From a virus (lineage: Duplodnaviria; Caudoviricetes), in IMG/VR virus record IMGVR_UViG_3300032219_001723, positions 7,139 through 71,138 of that record: DNA of 64,000 nt. One strand, given 5' to 3'. Both the position numbers and the translations under genes were made by a program. Below, piece by piece: positions 1-8,816 of this stretch; within the stretch, counting starts at the first letter, position 1, and every line of letters begins with the position of its first letter. The notes under the pieces were generated by a model. The model had not been told where the DNA came from. It did not search any database and saw nothing but the letters and a program-made list of their open reading frames with translations.

Positions 1-211
1 TGTAGTCCCAATCAGAAATAACATCCAAAACGTTTAACCCACGTTTAGCAGCATAACTCTCCGCCATTCCTTGGGTGTCAAACTTTTCCTTAAACTTACC
101 GATAAAGGTAGTTACCGATGTTAGTTTTTTACCATCTGAGTAATACTCGTGTGGTTCATCAAAATACGTGATGTGATTGAACTTAGAAAGTTCCAAAAAA
201 ATATTTTCCAT
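1..211 (-). CDS. PD-(D/E)XK (Cas4-like) exonuclease, N-terminal part; runs off the left edge
   Basis: Not in the ORF track. Manual translation from ATG at 211 gives MENIFLELSKFNHITYFDEPHEYYSDGKKLTSVTTFIGKFKEKFD..., and the 'H.Y...SVTT.I..F...FD' start is typical of phage PD-(D/E)XK exonucleases. It starts 2 nt after the primase stop. Catalytic motifs lie outside the window. Confidence 0.5.
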   Translation of the reverse strand, partial: MENIFLELSKFNHITYFDEPHEYYSDGKKLTSVTTFIGKFKEKFDTQGMAESYAAKRGLNVLDVISDWDY

Positions 212-213
212 AT

Positions 214-1113
214 TTACTTAATTTCATAATAATACTCACCGATATTCCCTTGAAGTTCGGCAATGTCCTTATCTTCAGGTAGTTTCAGTATTTCAATACG
301 ACCAAATAGCTTACCACCATTTAATTCGTGGTACAAAGATAATGCATTTTTCCAAGCATCTCCATCTAATGCGATAATTATTTTTCCTTTCGCATCATTA
401 TATAGCCGGTCCATCAATTTTTGTGATAAATGTTTCCCTAACATAACAACAGCATTATCCAAGAATAACGCATCAAATACACCCTCAACCAAAAAAATAT
501 CCTTACCCCAATCAACTCTACTCTCATTGAAGATAATCTCGTCTTTAGGATAGTCCGGGTTTCTGTACTTACTCTTTGAGTGTTTGTTCCAAGATCTAGC
601 AATGTAGTAGTTCAATTGTCCGTCGTGATCGTAGGATGGGATAATAATTCTACCCATAAAGTCTCCCTTATCACAAAAACCAATATCATACTTCTCAATC
701 ATATCATCCGTAATAAAGCGACTTCTCAAATAATTCATCGCTTCTTTATAAACCGGATATCTCGGATTTGAATCCTTAAACTTAGTATAACTCGGTGGTA
801 ATTTAATTTTTGGTACTTTGGGTCTATCTGGTCTCACCTCTTCAGGTGCCAACATGGAATACGTTCTCTTTTGTTTCTTACTTCCCCAAGTATCAAATAA
901 CTTACCTAAAGGACCATGAGTCCCGTTATCATCTGAACAACTCCAACATTTATAAACATGTCGGAAATAATTAACCTCGAAATTTCCTTTATTCCTACCC
1001 TCATCACACGCAGGGCAATTGAATGAGATCTGTCCTTTACTCTCATAGTGAGCACGATGCTTACCAAGCACCTCCTCTAATAATTCAACCAATAACTCCG
1101 ACTCGTCATTCAT
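214..1113 (-). CDS. dnaG: DnaG-type DNA primase (Zn finger + TOPRIM)
   Basis: N-terminal CPAC...CWSC Zn finger, GRIIIP motif, TOPRIM motifs EGVFDAL, LDGDA and DIAE. Confidence 0.9.
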   Translation of the reverse strand: MNDESELLVELLEEVLGKHRAHYESKGQISFNCPACDEGRNKGNFEVNYFRHVYKCWSCSDDNGTHGPLGKLFDTWGSKKQKRTYSMLAPEEVRPDRPKVPKIKLPPSYTKFKDSNPRYPVYKEAMNYLRSRFITDDMIEKYDIGFCDKGDFMGRIIIPSYDHDGQLNYYIARSWNKHSKSKYRNPDYPKDEIIFNESRVDWGKDIFLVEGVFDALFLDNAVVMLGKHLSQKLMDRLYNDAKGKIIIALDGDAWKNALSLYHELNGGKLFGRIEILKLPEDKDIAELQGNIGEYYYEIK

Positions 1114-1118
1114 ACGAG

Positions 1119-1149
1119 CAAAGATAAATCATTTTTTTGACTTTACAAA
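1119..1149 (-). promoter_or_regulatory. Bacteroidota sigma70-type promoter upstream of primase
   Basis: Minus strand reads TTTG (1149-1146), 19 nt, TATCTTTG (1126-1119), an exact match to the -33 TTTG / -7 TAnnTTTG consensus; 5 nt before the ATG. Confidence 0.75.
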
Positions 1150-1217
1150 ATTTTTTATCAACATTGTTATTTTATGTGGTATGTAAAAAATAAAGAGTAA
1201 AGGGATGATTACCCACA

Positions 1218-1820
1218 TTAAGACCAAACACCCTCCTGTTTCATATATCCCAAAACACAACAATAAGCATCACTCATATCATAAACTTCTTTTTTCAAAG
1301 TGTTGTTTTTGGTATACTGCCAAGTAATCTGAGGTTCTCTCTTCGCAACCAATTCCCAAATAATATGTTTTTTGTCAATATCTTTAGGAAGACCACCGAA
1401 CAATACGAATTTCTTTTTATCGTTTTCTTTTACTAATTCAGGGAATGCTAATTTTCTTGAATTATAGGTCGTAATAAATTCAGGTACAATCCCTAAAACA
1501 TCGTGAATCAATTTAGTAATAAATGAGTTATATCTCAAAAGAGTACCAACAGTATAGATGTTATTACTATTCAATAATGGTTCCTCAATAACAACTTTTG
1601 TTATTCCTAAATTCTTATATTCGTCCAATTTAATTTTGAATATCTCCGCTTTAGCTAAAAGTTCTTCAATTTTATTTTCTGTTTTAAGTTTCGGTCTCGG
1701 TGATACATGTGTTAATTCCAATAATTCACCAGTCTGTATGTCAAAAAGAGACCATCCAATAGTTTTAGTGGATACGTCTAAACCTAACACCTTTGGTGTG
1801 TTTTTCAAATCTTTACTCAT
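1218..1820 (-). CDS. ruvC: RuvC-like Holliday junction resolvase
   Basis: RNase H-fold motifs LGLDVSTKTIGW, VVIEEPL and DMSDAYC. Confidence 0.8.
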   Translation of the reverse strand: MSKDLKNTPKVLGLDVSTKTIGWSLFDIQTGELLELTHVSPRPKLKTENKIEELLAKAEIFKIKLDEYKNLGITKVVIEEPLLNSNNIYTVGTLLRYNSFITKLIHDVLGIVPEFITTYNSRKLAFPELVKENDKKKFVLFGGLPKDIDKKHIIWELVAKREPQITWQYTKNNTLKKEVYDMSDAYCCVLGYMKQEGVWS

Positions 1821-1857
1821 AAAATATGTTTACTAAAATAAATGTGCTAAAAAAATG

Positions 1858-3999
1858 TTAAAAATCAAGCTTAATTAGATATTGTTGTAATCCAACTCGT
1901 CTAACAGGTGATTGTAACTTACTAATAACCATCAATTCTTTATTTGAATTATACAATCCAACCTCGGTAACATAAGGACTTGTTGTTGCGGTCCAAGTAG
2001 GATTAGAACTATTTAAGAATTGAGTTTCGGTTAAATTCACAGCATATTTCATTTCATATATGGTAGCCGCAATATCAGTACTTATTGTACCATAAAAGAA
2101 ATATTCATCACCAAAATTCATAGTTGTTGTATCACCATAGGATGGAATACTAATATAATCACTTAGTCGATATATTGAACCCGATGCATAATTTGTTTCA
2201 TCAATTACGAAAGTTGTTCCAGTTAATCCTGATATTGTTAAGTTACCATTCACCTTTGTTGATGCTAAATCCGAGGTTAAATCAATAACAATCCAATTAT
2301 TAGGATTTGGTGTAGCACCACTTTGTGTAATCTGAACTATAGCTTTAAACTGATTTGCAGTAAATCCACTTACACCGCTTGTGATCATAAATGGAAATTC
2401 GTTACCAAACTTAATTGAAACGTTACTTGCGGTATTGTCTGTAGTACCACTCACTCTACTATAATAATTACAATGTAATGAATTAGTGAATGAAGATCCG
2501 GTGTTACTTAAAATGTATGTAATATACATAGTCTGTGCCGAGGATGTTAAAACACCGGTAGAACCAATATTACCACCTTGACATACGTTAGGAATAATTC
2601 TTGATGTTTTTGGTGCCGGTAACGTCCAAGATCTATTTGACTTATATGACATCGCCGCAACAATTTCCTCATCATCAAAAATAATTATTTTACTATCAGG
2701 AAATACCTTACCAACCCTATTTGGATATCCATCAGAATTAGGATGGTTATCCCATAAATGGTAATATCTAATACCAGGATCGTTCATATCACTATTCTTA
2801 GTTGATTGAATATAATATGGTGTTAGTAAATCTAATGTGTTATATGTACCTGAAGGATCTGGATCAATATAGAATGTTTCACCAATAGTACCATTAGGAT
2901 TTTTGTGCCACATTAACCAAGGTATTGATACACTGAAATTTATTGCTAAGCCTGTTGTCTCTGCTTGAGGATCATAAGGTTCTGTTGCAAATTTTTCACC
3001 ATAAAAATTATCAATAGATTGATTAGTATAATGTACTATCGCAATTGCTTTTTGTTCACTCGGTAATACATTTATGATCTCTTGTAATGAGTTTCTATAA
3101 TATGTTGAAGATGTATCCGTTTGACCAGAATTGGTTTGATAACCCAAATACTCTTTGGTTCCGATATATGTTTGAGAACCGAAGGTCTCAAAAGTTGAAT
3201 CGTAGTTCGTTATCATGCCAGCAGGAGATTGACTCCAAGGTATGTTCATATTCCAAACCTTTACATCAAACGTTGATATGTCACACGCACTTTCAAAATT
3301 AAAAACATCAGAATCATAATAAGTATTAGGTGTTGCACTATCATAAAAAGGAACAAATGTACTCGGATAAACTTGAACTCTTGATGTTGTACCTGTAGCG
3401 TTTAATGTAGGTCTTTCCACATATAATTTATTATCACCAGGATCTGAAGTTACCTGATAAACAAATAACGGAGTCCTTGCCGTAATTGAACCACAACCAA
3501 CATTACCTAAATAAACAAATGCAAAATCACCATTCTCAACAGAATCATTACTTCCACAAGAATCGGTAGTGTAATTAAAATTAGTAGTACCTGAAAACCC
3601 TCTAGCTATCTTTCTTGAATTAACCGTATATGCCGTAGTAGTAAATGCGGTTGTACCTGTAAAAAATCCTCTTGGTTGTGCGGTATTAAATATTTCGGAA
3701 AAATCCGATTTCATATATGGAATACCATAAGTATTATTTGACGTACCACTTAAATAAAAAGGATATTTCACCTCATCTTTGTTTGATTGTGGTGATCCTG
3801 TATCATTTTGTGAATTGAAGTTAGGTTCTAATATATTAAGATTAGTTAATGTTAAACCATTCACACAATTATAACAAACTTCGCTATCACCTATTTGAAA
3901 ATATGATATGTTAAAGTTCCCTTGAGAAATTCTTCTTCTTCCCAAGTCAGTTAGTTTTGTGTTAATTAAGCCGGTTGTACTTTTAATATTGTATCCCAT
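1858..3999 (-). CDS. Virion structural protein, probable baseplate/fibre-attachment subunit
   Basis: 713 aa. The N-terminal LTDLGRRRISQGNFNISYFQIGDSEV and C-terminal VTEVGLYN...LMVISKL..P resemble phage tail-collar/baseplate attachment motifs; last gene of the structural operon. Confidence 0.55.
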   Translation of the reverse strand: MGYNIKSTTGLINTKLTDLGRRRISQGNFNISYFQIGDSEVCYNCVNGLTLTNLNILEPNFNSQNDTGSPQSNKDEVKYPFYLSGTSNNTYGIPYMKSDFSEIFNTAQPRGFFTGTTAFTTTAYTVNSRKIARGFSGTTNFNYTTDSCGSNDSVENGDFAFVYLGNVGCGSITARTPLFVYQVTSDPGDNKLYVERPTLNATGTTSRVQVYPSTFVPFYDSATPNTYYDSDVFNFESACDISTFDVKVWNMNIPWSQSPAGMITNYDSTFETFGSQTYIGTKEYLGYQTNSGQTDTSSTYYRNSLQEIINVLPSEQKAIAIVHYTNQSIDNFYGEKFATEPYDPQAETTGLAINFSVSIPWLMWHKNPNGTIGETFYIDPDPSGTYNTLDLLTPYYIQSTKNSDMNDPGIRYYHLWDNHPNSDGYPNRVGKVFPDSKIIIFDDEEIVAAMSYKSNRSWTLPAPKTSRIIPNVCQGGNIGSTGVLTSSAQTMYITYILSNTGSSFTNSLHCNYYSRVSGTTDNTASNVSIKFGNEFPFMITSGVSGFTANQFKAIVQITQSGATPNPNNWIVIDLTSDLASTKVNGNLTISGLTGTTFVIDETNYASGSIYRLSDYISIPSYGDTTTMNFGDEYFFYGTISTDIAATIYEMKYAVNLTETQFLNSSNPTWTATTSPYVTEVGLYNSNKELMVISKLQSPVRRVGLQQYLIKLDF

Positions 4000-4003
4000 A
4001 CTA

Positions 4004-6904
4004 TTAAATAGTGTTTAATGATAAATTTGGATTTAGAATAAATGGATTAGGTGCGGTTACCGTATTCACATCAGGTCTCTTACAATCCACTATTGTTGTT
4101 GTGTTATTTTTGAACGTAGCATTCACATTAAATATGAAATTAGATGGACATTGTGTTGTTGTTACAACAGGACCGTCGTTAACAATCACATTAGCGCCAC
4201 CAGGTAAATTATAACTATATTCTAATGTTATAACATCATCTTTAACAATTGTAAATGATGCGGTAGCAATTGTCTGACCTGTTGTTCCAAATGTTAGATT
4301 TGGTGTATATGTTTTACTACATGTCGTAGATATACTATTACTTACCGGTGATGTTGATGTTGTCGCTATTGGTGTTCCATTTTTACTTAAAGTTACAATA
4401 TAATCTGTAAAATCATATACATAACTATCGTTAGTTAAATTTCTAATTGTAAGTAAAGTATTGACACTAACTTCACAAGATAATGTTAAACCTGTTGGGA
4501 TGTTGTTCGTACCATTTAATGTGTATTTTTTATACAAACTTCCGAATATTGTCACATAAATACCTGATGTTCCCCCAAACGATGTTTGAGTGGTAACACT
4601 ATATTGATTTTGATTTGTAATCCAATTAAATGAATATTGAGTTACTTGAGATGCCGGCGCAACAATAGCAATTTGTTGACTTGTATTTAAGTTTCCATCT
4701 TTAACTTTAACAACATAGGTACCAGATGCAAGACCAACAAATACGGGACTAAATTGATATGACAATCCATTATTTATTGAATATTGGAATGGTCCTTGAC
4801 CTGTAGTAACACTGATAGATATTTGTCCGTAGTTTGTTGTTGGACTTGCTAAACAACTATTAGGTATTGTCGTTACTGTAAATGAAACGGGGACTGCCAC
4901 ACAAGCACTATTTGTTACAGTAATTGTATCATATGCAGAGCTACCATATAAATTCCAACCTGTTAATGGTGGGTTTGATGTTGATGTTGTAGTAATTTCA
5001 ACACCTGTACCCAAATTATTAGACATCTCCCAAGATTCACTATTCCAATAGATTACCCAAGTACTACCATTTACAGAACCGGTCCAAGATGGTAGTCCAT
5101 TTGTAAACCCTGTATAACTAAATGTTTGTTGAGTATTTTGTGATGGTGTAGAATTACTTATAAAACTAACACATAGATTATTTGTTACCGGAACTGATGG
5201 TGTTGGTGTTTGAGTTAATGTAGGCGTTGGTGATGGTGTAACATCTAAACCGACAGTACAAACAGTTGTAACTGAAAAATCATTATAAAAATCAGTTGTC
5301 GTTGCGGTATAGGTTCCTGCCGATAAATTAGTAATAATTGAACCTGACTTTCCATTAGACCAAGTAGTGTTGTATGGTGCCGTACCACCATAAATACCCA
5401 ATGTAACCGAACCATTTAACGTTCCATTATCATTGGTTGCAGTACAACTAACGTTCAACGGAATAACTGTTTGAACACCACATGGATTTGAAGTTTCAGG
5501 TCTTATAGAAGAAACTGATGGTGTTACTGTTGTTGTTGGTGTATTTGTAGGTGTTGTAGTTGGTGTCGGATTTGGTGTAGACCCCGGAGAACGAGTTACA
5601 GTAGGAGTAGGTGTACTTGTTGTAGTAACAGTAGGTGTTGGTGTTGGAGTTTTTGTTGGTGGCGGTGTTGCGGCAGGTGTCTTACTTGGTAATGGTGTTG
5701 GTGTTACAGTACTTGTAGGTGTTGGTGAAGGTGATGGAGGGTCTAACGATAATTGAGATGAGTTAGGAAGTGCCATACCCGTTGCGTTATCAATAAATGA
5801 AAATGTTAAACCACTAACATCTGTTGAATTCGCACCCGATAGACGATATAATTTATTAGCAACATCGGTTAATGATGTTGTTGGACTAGTTAAGAAATAT
5901 AAATTACCATCGGGTGCCCTTTGAATACCTAAAACTAATATTAAAGTACCATAATCAGGATCCGTTCTAACATCTGTGGGAAGTGTTACCGTAACCGCAG
6001 AACTTGGTAGTGTTTGAACTGTAGTTGTTGATGGTATTCCTGATAGTGTAGGGTAGGATGTTAACCCCGATAAATCAAACCTAAGTAAGTCATTACCCCC
6101 AACATAAACATATCTACCATTAGGTGAAAAATCCGCAGATATTAAATAATTTGCAGAAATATTGTTCCTTGTTGTTGATCCTGTATATGTTATTACATAA
6201 CTCCTATTGTAATTTAATAATATTTTTTCATTTGAGAATTGTCCGGTTGTTTTGTTGAAATCATAGACCGCAACGTTAACAGGTCCGTCATTGTTCTGAG
6301 TACCAACCGCCCAAACCATTTTATTACCACTCGGTGAGAATTTCATCTGACCATATCTATTTTGACCTGAGAACACAAACGATGTTAAAGTCTGTACAGG
6401 AGTTGCAGATATCGTTCCACCCGAAACTAAATATGAGTTGATATATTGTGAGTTTTTAGGTCTTAAAACTAACCAAAATTTGTCAATGTCACTATGTGAT
6501 GTAGTTGTTAATACCTCGGCATAACTACCACTAACAGTACCTGATGATTGAATAATACTATTTGAGTTTAATTTAACCCAACTCAAATTACTTGGAGCTA
6601 ACCAGTTTCTAATGCCGAAAACCCAATAATTGTTAGTATTATATGTGTCTTGTACAATATTACCTGATTGAAAGCTTTGATCACTTCCACCTAAATTAGA
6701 AACAACAGTCGTATTACCACTATTGTAAATGTTAATACCATCAGTGTAGTAAAGTAAATTACCATTATCATCCGATATTGAATCACTACCTTCACGGGTA
6801 TCTAACTGTGTATTGGTATTGATCTTTTGTATTGTTCCGCTACCGAAATAAAACCAATTATTTCTACCAAATATCCAGTTCCAACTATTTTTAATATTTG
6901 CCAT
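4004..6904 (-). CDS. Modular appendage protein: beta-propeller + PT linker + SprB-like repeats
   Basis: 966 aa. NWFYFG/EGSDSISDDNGNLLYYTDG/GQMKFSPSG/DFSPNG/QRAPDGNLY propeller (5761-6904), TPT linker (~5520-5750), and GGTAPYNTTWSNG and FQYSINNG...GLASGTYVVKVKD SprB-type units. Confidence 0.7.
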   Translation of the reverse strand: MANIKNSWNWIFGRNNWFYFGSGTIQKINTNTQLDTREGSDSISDDNGNLLYYTDGINIYNSGNTTVVSNLGGSDQSFQSGNIVQDTYNTNNYWVFGIRNWLAPSNLSWVKLNSNSIIQSSGTVSGSYAEVLTTTSHSDIDKFWLVLRPKNSQYINSYLVSGGTISATPVQTLTSFVFSGQNRYGQMKFSPSGNKMVWAVGTQNNDGPVNVAVYDFNKTTGQFSNEKILLNYNRSYVITYTGSTTRNNISANYLISADFSPNGRYVYVGGNDLLRFDLSGLTSYPTLSGIPSTTTVQTLPSSAVTVTLPTDVRTDPDYGTLILVLGIQRAPDGNLYFLTSPTTSLTDVANKLYRLSGANSTDVSGLTFSFIDNATGMALPNSSQLSLDPPSPSPTPTSTVTPTPLPSKTPAATPPPTKTPTPTPTVTTTSTPTPTVTRSPGSTPNPTPTTTPTNTPTTTVTPSVSSIRPETSNPCGVQTVIPLNVSCTATNDNGTLNGSVTLGIYGGTAPYNTTWSNGKSGSIITNLSAGTYTATTTDFYNDFSVTTVCTVGLDVTPSPTPTLTQTPTPSVPVTNNLCVSFISNSTPSQNTQQTFSYTGFTNGLPSWTGSVNGSTWVIYWNSESWEMSNNLGTGVEITTTSTSNPPLTGWNLYGSSAYDTITVTNSACVAVPVSFTVTTIPNSCLASPTTNYGQISISVTTGQGPFQYSINNGLSYQFSPVFVGLASGTYVVKVKDGNLNTSQQIAIVAPASQVTQYSFNWITNQNQYSVTTQTSFGGTSGIYVTIFGSLYKKYTLNGTNNIPTGLTLSCEVSVNTLLTIRNLTNDSYVYDFTDYIVTLSKNGTPIATTSTSPVSNSISTTCSKTYTPNLTFGTTGQTIATASFTIVKDDVITLEYSYNLPGGANVIVNDGPVVTTTQCPSNFIFNVNATFKNNTTTIVDCKRPDVNTVTAPNPFILNPNLSLNTI

Positions 6905-6905
6905 T

Positions 6906-7136
6906 TTAACTATTAAAACATTTTATAACTAATACTTTATGTCCCTCAATAATTTCCAAAAAATTGTTATAACTTATTGTATTAAATTTATTTACAAGAT
7001 CAGTTGGGAAACTAACAATGAAAAATTCATAATCCTCATCTAATGAAAATTGACACATTTCAACATTATCTTCAAAAACACAATAAACTAACTCTAAGTC
7101 TGAATATTGGTCATATAATAAATTTAACTTTTCCAT
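6906..7136 (-). CDS. Small acidic hypothetical protein
   Basis: 76 aa, fills the gap between flanking genes with 1 and 3 nt spacers. Confidence 0.6.
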   Translation of the reverse strand: MEKLNLLYDQYSDLELVYCVFEDNVEMCQFSLDEDYEFFIVSFPTDLVNKFNTISYNNFLEIIEGHKVLVIKCFNS

Positions 7137-7139
7137 ATC

Positions 7140-8576
7140 TTATGTATTTGAGGGTATTGATGGCATATTACCAAATTGTGAATAACCACCATCATATACT
7201 GATTGTTGTTGAGCACCAAACCAACCAACACAAGTATTTCCTGACAATGCAAAAGTATTGTTAATATTATTTTGTATTGTTAATATCGGTCTAATTCTGT
7301 TTGATTGACCACACGAAGCAGTGTAGAAATTATTACCAGTAGTAATACCTGAAAATCCTATAGCAGACCCTGATACTTCATAAGTAAGTCTTAATCTCAT
7401 ACCATTAGTAAACCCTATTTCAGGTGACTGAATCTGAGTTGAAATAAAGAATGTGGATTGATTAACACTGTTTGTTAATTGACAATATGCAGTATTACCT
7501 GTCAATCCTGTACAAGATGAATCAGTAAATCCTGTCAAACAAGAACCTGATAGTGGTAATGGATTCAAACTACCCGTCTGTTGATTTGTAAATGTTATCG
7601 TTCCACCGGATATAATCTCAGTGGTTGCGGTATATACTTTAACATCGCTAATACCAGAATACACACTTGACTTATTATCTCGGAAAGTAAGTGTTGGTGT
7701 TCCTGAAAATACTGCACCTGTCGGTACCGCACCTGATAATGGAATCTCAAAGATGTATCTATTATAACCGATATAATTGGCAAGTCCATAAGTAACACCT
7801 GACACAACAATTGGTGACAACCCAACCACTGAATTATTAGTTGATGATGTTATTGAATAGTTACTAAGGGCCGATTTTGTACTTGCAGATCCCGGTGATG
7901 GGTCAATTACAACCGATTGTGTTCCCGCACTTGTACTTTGAGTGACAGAACTTACAACAATACCATAAGTACCTGCACTTAAATTACTAAACGTGCTGTA
8001 ATTAGATGCAGTTCTACTTACAAATGTTTGACCACTATCAATTGAATATCTATAATTAGTTTGAACACCAGTTCCTCCCGTAGCATAAACAATAATTCTT
8101 CCGTCACTAACACTTCTTCCTGATGTAACACCATAAGACGCACAACTCAATCCTGAATATTCAACATAAAACCCAAGAGCAGGTAGTGATGTTGTTGGTG
8201 TAACTGTAGGAGTTCTTGTTGGTGTAATTGTTGGTGTGACAGTTCTTGTTGGTGTAATTGTTGGAGTTATAGTAGGAGTGATTGTCGGTGTAACTGTAGG
8301 TGTTGCAGTAACAGTAGGTGTAGGTGTGGGTGATGGTGGCGCATCGTCTTTAACAACCGTACATCCACTAGCATCGATAGTTGCCACAAACAAGTAAGGT
8401 AGTGAATCATATGGTGCCGGTGCCCTAAACGTAAATCCTGTTGAGGTTACCGCACTAATGAAAGTACACTGTGTCTCAATTGTTGATGGGTTAGGATTTA
8501 CCGGGCACAGGTAAACACTTACGGGTAGGTAACCCGTAATATTTGTCATCGTTATCGTAACCGCACTTGCTGCCAT
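7140..8576 (-). CDS. Modular appendage protein: Ig-like cap + PT linker + SprB-like repeat + beta-rich C-domain
   Basis: 478 aa. The N-terminal ~78 aa are paralogous to 8586-8804 and to the N-terminus of 32443-33396; TPT linker; ATGGTG..NYRYSIDSG..NLSAGTYGIVV. Confidence 0.65.
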   Translation of the reverse strand: MAASAVTITMTNITGYLPVSVYLCPVNPNPSTIETQCTFISAVTSTGFTFRAPAPYDSLPYLFVATIDASGCTVVKDDAPPSPTPTPTVTATPTVTPTITPTITPTITPTRTVTPTITPTRTPTVTPTTSLPALGFYVEYSGLSCASYGVTSGRSVSDGRIIVYATGGTGVQTNYRYSIDSGQTFVSRTASNYSTFSNLSAGTYGIVVSSVTQSTSAGTQSVVIDPSPGSASTKSALSNYSITSSTNNSVVGLSPIVVSGVTYGLANYIGYNRYIFEIPLSGAVPTGAVFSGTPTLTFRDNKSSVYSGISDVKVYTATTEIISGGTITFTNQQTGSLNPLPLSGSCLTGFTDSSCTGLTGNTAYCQLTNSVNQSTFFISTQIQSPEIGFTNGMRLRLTYEVSGSAIGFSGITTGNNFYTASCGQSNRIRPILTIQNNINNTFALSGNTCVGWFGAQQQSVYDGGYSQFGNMPSIPSNT

Positions 8577-8585
8577 ATATTATAA

Positions 8586-8804
8586 TTATTGATCTTCTAT
8601 AGTTTGACACCTATTTGCATCAACTATTTTTATTGAAACCGGATATAAGTTCTCAAATGGTGGTTGTAATACAAATGAGTATGACGTACCGGTAATTCTA
8701 GTAACATAATACCAAGTAGTATGTCCTGTATCGGATAGATAAATATCAAAAGGTTGTGACCCAACTATTGATGATATTGAAACTGTTGTTGAACTTGTTG
8801 CCAT
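8586..8804 (-). CDS. Stand-alone ~70 aa Ig-like cap domain protein
   Basis: 72 aa, ISSIVGSQPFDIYL...IKIVDANRC; same pattern as the N-termini of the 7140 and 32443 genes. Confidence 0.65.
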   Translation of the reverse strand: MATSSTTVSISSIVGSQPFDIYLSDTGHTTWYYVTRITGTSYSFVLQPPFENLYPVSIKIVDANRCQTIEDQ

Positions 8805-8816
8805 ATTTTATTTTTT

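Noticed and set aside
1198-1217. Possible terminator after ruvC (GGG...CCC + T-run)
   Set aside because: Only a 3 bp GC stem; too weak to call.
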